Both the position numbers and the translations under genes were made by a program. A stretch of 64,000 bases of DNA, taken from positions 14,034 through 78,033 of the forward strand of contig CAVWJL010000011.1 in assembly GCA_963755305.1 (NCBI GenBank), in the 5' to 3' direction. This DNA comes from an uncultured Alphaproteobacteria bacterium (GTDB lineage: Bacteria; Pseudomonadota; Alphaproteobacteria; Rhizobiales; Xanthobacteraceae). The notes beneath the pieces were generated by a model, which was given only the letters and a program-made list of their open reading frames with translations, ran no database searches and was not told the DNA's origin. The number at the start of each line of letters is the position of its first letter. Positions within the stretch are counted from its first letter, which is position 1. This document shows positions 1 to 9,097 of the stretch, in pieces.

Positions 1-1
1 C

Positions 2-142
2 AAGATCATCGACGTGTTCATGTGCAAGTTGCGCAAGAAGCTCGCAAGCGCTTCTGGCGGAAAGGACTACATCGAAACGGTGTGGGGCCGCGGCTATGTA
101 TTGCACGAGCCGAGCGAGGACGAGGCGCGGATTTCCGCCTGA
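2..142 (+). CDS. ctrA: Cell-cycle response regulator CtrA, C-terminal end (5' part outside window)
   Basis: Frame 2 reads [46 protein letters not shown], with TGA at 140-142. This is an OmpR-type winged-helix C-terminus and matches my memory of alphaproteobacterial CtrA almost residue for residue. It is not in the ORF track because no start codon lies in the window. Confidence 0.8.
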   Translation, partial: KIIDVFMCKLRKKLASASGGKDYIETVWGRGYVLHEPSEDEARISA

Positions 143-184
143 CAGCGCTTACCCGGCGCGCGCCATCGCGAATCATCCCGGATC

Positions 185-241
185 GAAGCCCCGGCCACTC
201 CTCCGTTCCCCGGCGACTGGCCGGAGCCTTTTATTTATTGT
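185..241 (+). terminator. Possible intrinsic terminator of ctrA
   Basis: GAAGCCCCGGCC (185-196) can pair with GGCCGGAGCCTT (219-230). That gives 12 positions with 2 mismatches and a large loop, followed by TTTTATTTATT. Confidence 0.4.
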
Positions 242-244
242 TCT

Positions 245-514
245 GATAACGCTGCCCGACGTTGATGGCGGGCATAGTGCGGCAAGGTCGGGCGCCTTGG
301 TCGCGACGAAACGCATGTTCGCCCTGGTGACCAACTTGGTGCGCCGTTGCGCATGTTTCCATGCCAATGAGGCAAGGCGGCAGATCGATAAAAACTCAAG
401 AACCTTCGCTCGACCAACGCGCCTATGGATCACCACCGTGCCATCCGCATCGACGCCATGAATCGGAAACACCGACTTCGCAATATCGACACCGATCGTG
501 CTAACCTCGCCCAT
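245..514 (-). pseudogene. IS110-family transposase, N-terminal fragment, frameshifted
   Basis: The ORF at 173-514 starts MGEVSTIGVDIAKSVFPIHGVDADGTVVIHRRVGRAKVLEF, a typical DEDD/IS110 N-terminus. Homology then continues only in another frame (ORF 235-417) and stops after ~90 codons. Confidence 0.7.
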
Positions 515-770
515 GGGCGGCTCCCCTCAATGTGGTTGCGTTTCGACGCAACTACCCTATGGCACTTCGATGCCGCAGAGTGGGCGCCGTCCACCGCATC
601 ATTCGCGACCGACCCAACTAGCGCCGGCGTCGATATTTGTCCGCTATGCCTCCAATCGCGACCGCCCCTCATTGAATTCCGGCGTGTCGTGAAGGGGCCA
701 TGGAACGGACATCGGCAGTTTCATTCGATCGGTGTATCATCCGGCCGTCTGCATTATTTCGAGATGCGCC

Positions 771-1580
771 ATGGCAACATTCAAGACCCTCGAACAATCC
801 GGCTGGACTACGAAGGCAGCAGCGTATGACGAGCATTTCGCCGCGGTAACGGATCAGGCCATTGAACCCATTCTCGACACAGTGGGTGACGTTGCAGAGC
901 ACGAGGTGCTCGATATCTGCTGCGGCACCGGGAATCTCGCTGCTGCAGTTGCGGCACGCGGGGGGCACGTCACCGGGGTTGATTTCGCGCCGACCATGAT
1001 CGAGATCGCTCGCTCGAAGGTTGCTGCCGCTACCTTTCAAGTCGGCGACGCGGAAGCACTCCAGTTTCCAAACGAAAGCTTCAACGTCGCCATGTGCTCC
1101 TTCGGATTGTGGCACATGTCCGAGCCGGACAAGGCCCTGGAAGAAGCCGCACGCGTCCTCAAGAAAGACGGCGTATATGCCTACACAACATGGCTGCCGC
1201 CACAGCAAGGTTGGGATATGTTCGATCTCCTGGTGAAGGCCGTTCACGCGCATGGCACAATGGACGTAGATCTGCCACCGGCTCCGGCGCCATTTCGGTT
1301 CGCGGACGAGACCGAAGCGAAACGTGCACTCGCATCCCACGGGTTCCGGAACATATCTCTCCAGAAGAGAATGGCTCTTTGGACCGGGACTACCGGTGAG
1401 CAACTCCTCGCATTGATCTACAAAGCAATTGTCAGGGCGCCAATGATTATAGAGGCACAGGCGCCGGAAGCGCGCGAAGCGGTCAAGAAGGACATTATGT
1501 CCGCGGCAGAGGCAATGCGTGTTGACGGAGCCATTACCATGCGCTGGCCCTATCTACTCGTGTCGGCGCGACTTGCTTAA
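771..1580 (+). CDS. Class I SAM-dependent methyltransferase (Methyltransf_11-like)
   Basis: The ORF is 732-1580. The SAM-binding motif VLDICCGTGNLAAAVAARGGHVTGVDFAPTMIEIAR and the downstream FDVAMCSFGLWHM are present. I prefer the internal ATG at 771 (MATFKTLEQSGW). Confidence 0.8.
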   Translation: MATFKTLEQSGWTTKAAAYDEHFAAVTDQAIEPILDTVGDVAEHEVLDICCGTGNLAAAVAARGGHVTGVDFAPTMIEIARSKVAAATFQVGDAEALQFPNESFNVAMCSFGLWHMSEPDKALEEAARVLKKDGVYAYTTWLPPQQGWDMFDLLVKAVHAHGTMDVDLPPAPAPFRFADETEAKRALASHGFRNISLQKRMALWTGTTGEQLLALIYKAIVRAPMIIEAQAPEAREAVKKDIMSAAEAMRVDGAITMRWPYLLVSARLA

Positions 1581-1784
1581 CGGTATCGCCCGATGATGCC
1601 GGTCTCCACGGCCATAGAGGAGCGGTCGTAGTAGCCGCCTTCATTTTTGCGAAGCTATAGCCGAAACTGTAGCAGTGAATTTGCTCGAGGACGTGTGGCT
1701 CGGCATGCGATTGGCACATAAACACGATACCTGCGCGACTAACTGCTCAATCGCAAGTGCTTCTAACCTGACCATCCTACAGAT

Positions 1785-2828
1785 TCACTGCCAGCCGGCA
1801 TTGCGGAACATCTTGCACCAGCTTTGCATACGCGCGCCTTCGGCAGCGAGATAGCTCACCAAAGTGACGTCTCGGATCGGACTTACGTCGAGGCGGTCCG
1901 CCGACATCAAGTGCGCGGAGACAAGCTCGACGCAAGTCAACGGTGTTGTCTGCCTTGACGCATCAAAGGGTATCACCTCAATCACCTTCCAAAGGTCCTC
2001 GTTCGCGCGAATTCCAGGTGCCTCCCTCTCCAGATTGACGAGCGGGTCGGACGCTCGGACGTGTTGAATGTGGGGCTCGCCAACGGCAAGTAAAAGTCCA
2101 AGATGGCGGCAGCATCGCTGAAGAATGACCCCGCACCAGATGTCGTCAAAGCGATGATACGGCGACCCTTCACCCATCTTCGGCATGTACATCAGCGGCG
2201 CGAGTTCGCGCCGGAAGGCAATGTTCATGGCGCATAACGGCCAGTAATGCTGCGGGTGCATCAGACGATTTCCAGCCGGAGGGTTGTGTGAGTGATGCAC
2301 ATTACCGTTCCGGTGCAAAGCCAGCATCTGCGGTGCATCGTAGTCGGCCACACCCCGCCAGAGGCCCATGTTTGCGACTGCGCCGGGAATGATGCCCCGA
2401 TCGAAATATGGGAGACCCCGCGTCGGACTTTCATCAATTGAGGGCACCCAACGCAGCCGCGGCGATAGTGCGGCGATGTGTGCCGCGACAAAGTCGCCCG
2501 GCGAACCTGACGGCAAACAATCGTCGTCCAGGGCGATGACGACATCCGCCGCCAAGCGGACTGCGGCCCAGAAACCATACATCTTGATCGCTGAGTCGCG
2601 TTGACTGAACGGACTGGGATCAATCACATCAGGATCAGCTGCTATTTCCGCCCATGAATAATGGCGAATTGATTTCTCACCCGCATTATTGATTTCCATC
2701 GACCGGCTGGGGCCATCCTCGACTATGAGTGTTTCATCCCAAGGGAATGGGGCCCAAGCTTTTAGGAATTCCTGCAGGGATTTACCGCGATTTGACGCCA
2801 CGACGGCCAAGACTTTTGCCTTGGTCAT
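1785..2828 (-). CDS. Reversibly-glycosylated-polypeptide (RGP / GT75, UDP-arabinopyranose-mutase family)-like protein
   Basis: This 347-aa ORF has blocks that align with plant RGP as I remember it. These are IALDDDC (plant TIDDDCF), GLWRGVADYDAPQML (GLWLNIPDYDAPTQL), PLCAMNIAFRRELAPLMYMP ([20 protein letters not shown]), RFDDIWCG (RYDDMWAG) and ASDPLVNLERE (ASNPFVNLKKE). Confidence 0.7.
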   Translation of the reverse strand: MTKAKVLAVVASNRGKSLQEFLKAWAPFPWDETLIVEDGPSRSMEINNAGEKSIRHYSWAEIAADPDVIDPSPFSQRDSAIKMYGFWAAVRLAADVVIALDDDCLPSGSPGDFVAAHIAALSPRLRWVPSIDESPTRGLPYFDRGIIPGAVANMGLWRGVADYDAPQMLALHRNGNVHHSHNPPAGNRLMHPQHYWPLCAMNIAFRRELAPLMYMPKMGEGSPYHRFDDIWCGVILQRCCRHLGLLLAVGEPHIQHVRASDPLVNLEREAPGIRANEDLWKVIEVIPFDASRQTTPLTCVELVSAHLMSADRLDVSPIRDVTLVSYLAAEGARMQSWCKMFRNAGWQ

Positions 2829-2865
2829 ATTTGGCCCGTTGCGCTTTGTTTAGCAATTTGACGCA

Positions 2866-3810
2866 TCAGCGAAGTGCTTCCTTAATGCCAGGCGCGATGG
2901 GCCCAAGGCGACTGCTCTCCAGGGCGCTCCCGGCGTCATCCATGCCCCAAAATGCTCGGAGCTCAGCTACATCGTCGATTCGGTTCTGCCATCCCCATCG
3001 TTGCTCAATATCGGGTTGCGACCACTTTCGCGCGCGAGACCGGCGCGCTCGGCCCAAGGCAAGGTCGAAGTCGGCTTTATGTAAGTGTACCAGTGCCAGG
3101 GATTGAGCTGGCATCCCTCGGGCGATTTCCAGCGCCACGTTGTCCGTCGTGTGGAAGCCTACCTCCCACCGCAACGGAATGTTCGCCAGAACCGTTTTGG
3201 AATACATGTCAGATCGATACCAGAACTTGCAGCCACCAATGAGATCTGCCGCGGCGAGGTTCACGTTGGCACCATCGCAGTAGAGCCCCGGCGCCACCGG
3301 CGGCTCGCCAGGTTGCTGCACGACCTCGAAACCGGTCGCCCGGACAGCCGGCGGTGGATTAGGGCCAAGTCCTTGGACAAAATCGACGAGCGTCGTGGCT
3401 CCTTGAGTACAATCAAGAGAGCTCCTCACGAGCGTCGACGCAACAGGCATGGGCAGGATGAATTCATCGGCCTCGGCAAACAGCACCCACGCGTATGAGG
3501 AAAGCAGGAACGATTGAAATCGCGCGACCACTTCAGCAAGCCATCGGTGATCAAAGGCTAACGCACGATGCACCGGCACGGCGGTAACGCCGTGATAGTC
3601 TGTCATCAGCTCTTGAGCACGATGCCATGCGGGCGTTTCTTCGCTTCGCATCGGCGTCCCGTCGGGCCGTGTGGGCGAATGGATCAGCACATATAGATCT
3701 CGCGGATCGCTAACGTGCTTCTTGTAATGATTGATCCACGGATGAATAAATTCCGGCTCGTCCTGCATTATCGTGAAAACGGCGAGCTCTCGATTGACGT
3801 TTGGGGGCAC
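2866..3810 (-). CDS. Hypothetical protein, possibly a GT-A-fold glycosyltransferase (Glyco_tranf_2_4/GT92-like)
   Basis: This 314-aa ORF lies 38 nt upstream of the RGP-like gene on the same strand. The N-terminus AVFTIMQDEPEFIHPWINHYKKH and an acidic FAEADEFILP motif resemble stand-alone GT2-like proteins. The functional call is weak. Confidence 0.5.
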   Translation of the reverse strand: MPPNVNRELAVFTIMQDEPEFIHPWINHYKKHVSDPRDLYVLIHSPTRPDGTPMRSEETPAWHRAQELMTDYHGVTAVPVHRALAFDHRWLAEVVARFQSFLLSSYAWVLFAEADEFILPMPVASTLVRSSLDCTQGATTLVDFVQGLGPNPPPAVRATGFEVVQQPGEPPVAPGLYCDGANVNLAAADLIGGCKFWYRSDMYSKTVLANIPLRWEVGFHTTDNVALEIARGMPAQSLALVHLHKADFDLALGRARRSRARKWSQPDIEQRWGWQNRIDDVAELRAFWGMDDAGSALESSRLGPIAPGIKEALR

Positions 3811-3834
3811 AGTCGAATAACTCGGCCAAAATGT

Positions 3835-3985
3835 TCACGAGGAGCGGCGCAATAGATCCAGCACATCGAGCGTCGAAGACAACTCATTATTGGAGGCTGC
3901 CTTAGTAATCTTGAGATTGGCAACCAATTCAAATTTAGTCGGCCCGAGAACTCGCAAAATCTGCCTCCGTTCACGCTCGCGGCGC
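3835..3985 (-). pseudogene. Remnant of the C-terminus of an ABC_sub_bind-type solute-binding protein
   Basis: The tail PTKFELVANLKITKAA...LLRRSS aligns with the C-terminus PTKFELVFNLVTAKALGL...ARADEVIE of the intact paralogue at 60230-61210. No upstream body is present. Confidence 0.5.
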
Positions 3986-4273
3986 GGGCTGCAAGCGATC
4001 CACTTGGGACGAGTTGTTGAGGCCAGCCTAACGGGCGTGGATGACGGTATCAATCCGGCCAGGCGAAAATGCCAGTTGGCCTGATGTCTGCTTCCGGTTT
4101 TGGTTGTGCAAAAACGCCTTGGCCGAAGCATTGACACTGGGCGATCCCGTGCGCGGGGGCCGAGCGCAGTGATTTTCCCGAGTTTGTGGTTTTTGTTCTG
4201 GAATCGCGGCCGATTGGGATACTGGCCGTCCTGGGCTGTTCTGCAACGGGATACGGGCGGATGTCGGCGGCGG

Positions 4274-5294
4274 TTATGCCCTGATCGCGGCCATGAGCGG
4301 CCGGACGCCGATGATGTTCAAGACGCGCGTCATATTGTAGGCCAGCACGTGGAGCGCCATCTCGGTGGCGACGCGCGGCAGCGTCTTCATCAGGAAGTGG
4401 GTTGCACCCATCCGGGCCTTGATCGTGCCGAACGGATGCTCGACCGTCTCGCGCCGCTGACGCATCTTCTCCGGGTGCTCATCGAGCCGGCGCTGCACCG
4501 CTTCGAGAACATGCTCATGCTCCCATCGGGTGATGCGCCGCTCCTTGCCGCTGGTGCAAGTCTGCTTGATGGCGCAGCTCTGACAGACGTTGGTCCAGTA
4601 GCGGCGCAGGACCAAGCCATGCTCTTCGTTCGTGTAGTGGTAGGCGAGCCTTTCGCCGGCCGGACAGATGTAGATGTCTTCCTCCGCGAAGTAGCGGAAG
4701 TCCTGTTTGCCGAAACGGCCTTTGGCAATGATGCCCGAGGTCATCGGCTTGGGCAGAGTAACCGTGATGCCGGCATTCTCGCAGGCCAGGATTTCCTCGC
4801 TGCTGAAGTAGCCACGGTCAGCAACCGCATCGAGGTTCTCCACTTCCAGCGTCGCCTTGGCCTGCTTGGCCACGGACGAGAGCTGTGAACGGTCGCGTCC
4901 CGACGTTGGTCACCTCATGCGTGACGATCAGATGATGCGTGGTGTCCACAGCGACCTGGACTTTATAGCCTACGACACCGGAGCCTCGGCCGCTGGTCGC
5001 CATTGAGCGGGCATCCGGATCGGTCAACGATATCTGCTGGCCGGGGTGGCGAGCATTTCCACCTTGAGAACCTGGAGACGCCGCATCTGTTCCTTCAGCT
5101 TCTCGATCTTCTCTTTCAGGCGGTCCGTCTTGGTCTTGAGCAACTCGGACGGCTCCTGCCGGTCGGCGCTGTCGAGCTGCTACAGATAGCGCGCGACGCT
5201 CTCCTCGATCTGCGCCATGCGCCGATCCATCTTGGGGGCTTCCAAACCGGGTTGAGGGCACGTTCGGCCACGCTACGTCATAGTTATTACGCAA
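4274..5294 (-). pseudogene. IS1182-family transposase gene, 5'-truncated, with a frameshift and an internal stop
   Basis: ORF 4274-4873 carries the DDE C-terminal part (AVADRGYFSSEEILACENAGITV...ETVEHPFGTIKARMGATHFLMKTL). The preceding part (SLTDPDARSMATSGRGSGVVGYKVQVAVDTTHHLIVTHEVTN) is in another frame, with the shift near 4885. Further upstream the coiled-coil segment (ESVARYL-stop-QLDSADRQE, KIEKLKEQMRRLQ) has an in-frame TAG near 5180. Confidence 0.8.
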
Positions 5295-5303
5295 GCCGCG
5301 TCG

Positions 5304-5744
5304 TCAGTCAGCTCGTGCGGTCGCCCCGAAGTCTCGAAGGCGTTCGGCATCTTCGATTATCTGCCGATGGTCGAATGCGATCGGCACACTCCGCCAATCG
5401 CTCACGAATTCGACGGCAGCAGCGTCCGAGCCAGCGCGTGGGTCGGCCGCAAGGTCGACGCTTCCCAGGAAGACCACCGAGATAAAATGCCCGCGCGGGT
5501 CGCGGGCGGGGTCGGAGTATACGCCGACGAGCCGCAAGTCTCGGATGTCTAGCCCGGTCTCCTCACGCACCTCTCGTCGGCAAGCCGTCTCGACTGTCTC
5601 GCCGTAGTCAATCTTCCCGCCAGGCAGCGCCCACGTCCCCTGGAACGGCGAACGGCTCCGTCTCACGAGGAGGACACTCCCCGCCCTGCCGAACAGGACA
5701 CAGTCGACTGTCAGGACCGGTTGCAGTGTTCCCTCCGCGCACAT
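5304..5744 (-). CDS. NUDIX hydrolase (ADP-ribose-pyrophosphatase-like)
   Basis: The Nudix box GGKIDYGETVETACRREVREETGL is present, and the C-terminal IAFDHRQII motif is typical of ADPR-type Nudix proteins. I place the start at the ATG at 5744 (MCAEGTLQPV), because the longer ORF would overlap the divergent gene. Confidence 0.8.
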   Translation of the reverse strand: MCAEGTLQPVLTVDCVLFGRAGSVLLVRRSRSPFQGTWALPGGKIDYGETVETACRREVREETGLDIRDLRLVGVYSDPARDPRGHFISVVFLGSVDLAADPRAGSDAAAVEFVSDWRSVPIAFDHRQIIEDAERLRDFGATARAD

Positions 5745-5811
5745 GCTTCGTTTGGCGGTGTATAGCGAGCAACGTTGCCGAGCAACATATCTCGTGTGTA
5801 GGATACGCGGA

Positions 5812-8800
5812 ATGCCCCAAACAACCCCAGTTGCGCCGATGACGCGGCTATTCCCCGCAAACGATCCCAAAACCTCGAATATCGAGCTGCTCGAAGCACT
5901 GCTTGCCGTCCCGTCGGCGGCCACATCGCCGAGCCACGCACTCCTCGAGGCGATCGCCGCTTACGCCAGGCACCACCCCGAGCGGACCATTCTGGTCCGG
6001 CGGCAGCTCGACAGTGTCGTGCTGATCAAGCATGGGCAACAACTCGACGATGTTTACGTGCTTATCGAGGGTCAACTCGCCGTCTACGGTGATGGCAGTA
6101 GGCTGCTCGCCCGGCTTGGGGCGCCGGCCCTCGTCGGCGAGATCGCACGCCAAGCTGGTGGTGCGACAGCTACGGTGGAGGTTGATTTGGACGGGGCCAC
6201 CGTGCTGGTGCTCTCGCAAGCGGACTTCGAGGCAGTGAAGTCAGAGATTCCCGGGACCTCGGAACACTATAGAAACCTTGTCACTGGCCGGCTGATCGAC
6301 CAACTTGCGGACGGCGGTGTCGTCACGCCGCTGATTGCTCGAGGGCTCCTTCGCCTGGCAGGCGAAGTCGGTGCGAGTTCGCCGCAGCAGGCGATCCTGG
6401 AGAAGATTACTGAAGACATACTGCTGACGCGGCCGGACATCTTGCGGTGGAGACGTTATGGGCCAGGGGAGACACTTATTGTGGAGGGAGAGCCGCTGGA
6501 TGCGGTGTCGATCATCGTCCGCGGAACCGCTCTGATCCGTAAAGCTTATCGTTCGGACATAACGATCGGGCCGGGGACACTGCTTGGTGAGATGTCCGCG
6601 CTGAGCGGACGTCTCCCCACCGCTACCGTCGTGGCCGGGCCTGAGCCGATTGAGGTGCTCCATCTCTCCCGCCTCGATTTTCAGCATCAGGTGCTCACTG
6701 ACGCCCGCGCCCGCGTGGCAGTGCGAGAACTCGCACTCCACCGCCTTCGCGAACAATACGAAGCGGAGCGTCTGGACCCGGGCACAGAGGAGCGGCTGCG
6801 CATTGTGCGCGACCAGAACACCGATGCGCTGATCCGCCGGCAGGGGCTTCGTGTCATTGCCGGGAACGGCGTGTTCCGGATTCTGAACCCTCACGGCGGT
6901 GCCATCGAAATCGATGGCACCCATGTCGAGGCTGTTGACCAGAAGTACGCATTGTTAGCGGCAGCGGAGAAGATGCTGAAGTGCGGCCGGTCGATCGCCG
7001 AGGTTCTTGAAGCAGCTGCATACGTCCGCCAGCAGGTAGAATCCCACAAGCCGCGCGCTGCGGACGATGTGGTTCAGAAGGCGATCGTTGCGTTCGTAGA
7101 GTACGCGGCGCACTCGGACTCGATGTATTCGGATCAGGTAATGGAGCTTAAACCCGCCGAGCACGGCGCGCCGCATTTTGCTCTGCTCGTCGAACGAATA
7201 AAACGGATCCGCTGGCTCGAGCAGAAACTTCGGAAGGATCCATTGATCATCGAACAGCAACGGCTCAAGGAACGAGCGCTCGGGGATCATGTGCGCTCAG
7301 TCGCACTGGCGGGTGATCCAATCCAAGCTCTCGACGATGAGTTTCGAACCCTGATGGAGCTGGGGATTCGCCAGGGTTCGGAGCAATTGTTTGGTGAGCT
7401 GAGCACCGTGATGTTCGAGAAGGTGCCGTTCGAGATCCATGAGTTCGACACGCGGGCGCTCGACCCTCCCGCAATTGATGCTTCGGACGAGAACCCCTGC
7501 GCACAGAATTACGGCGTGCTTGGCGAGCTACGCCTTAGGCTCGCGCGTGGCGAGGCTTCCGCAATTGGGGGCCCAGCGTACCCGCAACAGCGTTTCAGTA
7601 AAGCGGTGCTAGACGCCGTCGCATGCGGGGAGATTGGTGTCGTCGTCTACGACGGTGACCCAGACGAAGCCGAACGCTACGTCCGCCGCCAGTATACCAA
7701 GGACCCTCTCACCGGGACGGTATGGCACGGGCTCACGACGAAGATCCAGGGACTCGATGGCTCGGGACCGCGGACCCTTCTCACCGTGAAGAAGTCTCGC
7801 GGCGCGACGACGCAATATCTGATTATCGCGGGCTACGGTGCGTCCCGGCAGCTTCACAATGCCGGTGCAATTTTGCTCCACCACGACGATGAGCAGAGGC
7901 GGGTGCCGGAGGACCGGCTGGAACTCGCGACCCAAAACTACGATTACGTAGGTCGAAGCCGCGATGACGTCCTCCGCGCACTTGCCGCACAGGTCGCAGC
8001 CTGGAAAGATAAAGAGATCCTACGTCACACAATTCGGGACGTGGAATCGCTCCCGATTCAGCTCCTTATCCTTCAGAACCCGCTGGAGTTGCTCGAGGCG
8101 TTCGGCCAGGACGCAGTAGTGCTCGAGCGGTCCAAGGACGCCCTCTTCCGTTTTTACACCGGCTTCGTCCTGGTTGGTAACCAACTCGTTCGCCTCGTCG
8201 TGCCCAAGGTCGGTGGCGACGGTCTCTACGGCGACACTGCGGGGTTATTCGTTAGCGGCGTGTTCACCGCCGGCATTGCGCGGCTTCTCCCGCACGTCAT
8301 CTTCAATGGCACGGCCGGCGGCTTTGCCTACACCGCGGGCACGCCGGAATTCGAGGGAGCCCGCGGACTCGGCGAGATCAAGCCGGGCGGAATCATCATC
8401 CCCTTGGAGACAATTGAGCAAATTGACGACGGTTCCGGACCTGCGCGCATGCGTACTCTGTTTTGCAGGAGGGACGATACGCCCGAGGCGGCGTTGGCGC
8501 GGATGCTGCGCGACATCGGTGTTGTCGAACCCATTTCGGTGAACTTCACCAGCCACCACGCGGCGGTGGCCGCACCGGCGGTCGAGACTTACGACTACAT
8601 CGAGGAAAAGCTACTCCGATCACAGAAGGCGTCGGTGGACGTGGAGGGCGGGCAGATTTGGAAAGCAGTTGGCGCACTCGGCCGCGGCGACGTCACGTTC
8701 ACACCGGTCTACACACACTCCGACGATCCGCGAAGCAGCGAAGGGAACCCGGCTGACAGCCTTGCAGCGATGGGTCCATGGTTCGAGGGGATCGAGATCG

Positions 8801-8883
8801 ATGTGCGGAAGTACGATATCATCCGAGCCTTGCTCCACTGTTCGGTTAGCAGCCTCCTAACCGCAAGTCCCGCCCAGCTTTAG
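5812..8883 (+). CDS. Large multidomain protein: 2 x cyclic-nucleotide-binding (CAP_ED) domains, a ~450-aa unknown region, and a C-terminal nucleoside-phosphorylase (PNP_UDP_1)-like domain
   Basis: This is an uninterrupted 1,046-codon ORF (5743-8883). I prefer the ATG at 5812, preceded by AGGA.
- CAP_ED 1 (~5920-6240): VYVLIEGQLAVYGDG...LVGEIARQAGGATATVEV.
- CAP_ED 2 (~6385-6700): LIVEGEPLDAVSIIVRGTALIRK...LLGEMSALSGRLPTATVVA.
- C-terminus (~8190-8830): VVPKVGGDGLYGD...VIFNGTAGGFA...IKPGGIIIPLE...SVDVEGGQIWKAV...TPVYTHSDDP. This follows the strand/GTAGG/E-x-E-G/SD pattern of MTA/AMP nucleosidase-type phosphorylases. Confidence 0.75.
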   Translation: MPQTTPVAPMTRLFPANDPKTSNIELLEALLAVPSAATSPSHALLEAIAAYARHHPERTILVRRQLDSVVLIKHGQQLDDVYVLIEGQLAVYGDGSRLLARLGAPALVGEIARQAGGATATVEVDLDGATVLVLSQADFEAVKSEIPGTSEHYRNLVTGRLIDQLADGGVVTPLIARGLLRLAGEVGASSPQQAILEKITEDILLTRPDILRWRRYGPGETLIVEGEPLDAVSIIVRGTALIRKAYRSDITIGPGTLLGEMSALSGRLPTATVVAGPEPIEVLHLSRLDFQHQVLTDARARVAVRELALHRLREQYEAERLDPGTEERLRIVRDQNTDALIRRQGLRVIAGNGVFRILNPHGGAIEIDGTHVEAVDQKYALLAAAEKMLKCGRSIAEVLEAAAYVRQQVESHKPRAADDVVQKAIVAFVEYAAHSDSMYSDQVMELKPAEHGAPHFALLVERIKRIRWLEQKLRKDPLIIEQQRLKERALGDHVRSVALAGDPIQALDDEFRTLMELGIRQGSEQLFGELSTVMFEKVPFEIHEFDTRALDPPAIDASDENPCAQNYGVLGELRLRLARGEASAIGGPAYPQQRFSKAVLDAVACGEIGVVVYDGDPDEAERYVRRQYTKDPLTGTVWHGLTTKIQGLDGSGPRTLLTVKKSRGATTQYLIIAGYGASRQLHNAGAILLHHDDEQRRVPEDRLELATQNYDYVGRSRDDVLRALAAQVAAWKDKEILRHTIRDVESLPIQLLILQNPLELLEAFGQDAVVLERSKDALFRFYTGFVLVGNQLVRLVVPKVGGDGLYGDTAGLFVSGVFTAGIARLLPHVIFNGTAGGFAYTAGTPEFEGARGLGEIKPGGIIIPLETIEQIDDGSGPARMRTLFCRRDDTPEAALARMLRDIGVVEPISVNFTSHHAAVAAPAVETYDYIEEKLLRSQKASVDVEGGQIWKAVGALGRGDVTFTPVYTHSDDPRSSEGNPADSLAAMGPWFEGIEIDVRKYDIIRALLHCSVSSLLTASPAQL

Positions 8884-8938
8884 CACATAACTGGTTGGCT
8901 CTCGTGCCGGCATAACGGCCGGCGGCCATGTCCGTCCA

Positions 8939-9097
8939 GTGCTGGAGGTCGCGGACATCTTCCGCGCCCACGGGGCGGCGTGGCGCAAAGCCAATGCCGG
9001 GCAGGCACGCGTGTGGCTTTCCTCGCGCGAGGCCGACCTGCTTCCGGTTGCGTACTTCCATGTGGTGTTCACGCTGCCAGCGGCCATCGCCAAACCT
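8939..9097 (+). pseudogene. IS91-family transposase fragment
   Basis: LEVADIFRAHGAAWRKANAGQ...LLPVAYFHVVFTLPAAIA resembles two short blocks of IS91/Y1-type transposases joined by a deletion. The fragment is cut at ~9097 by the next element. Confidence 0.55.
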
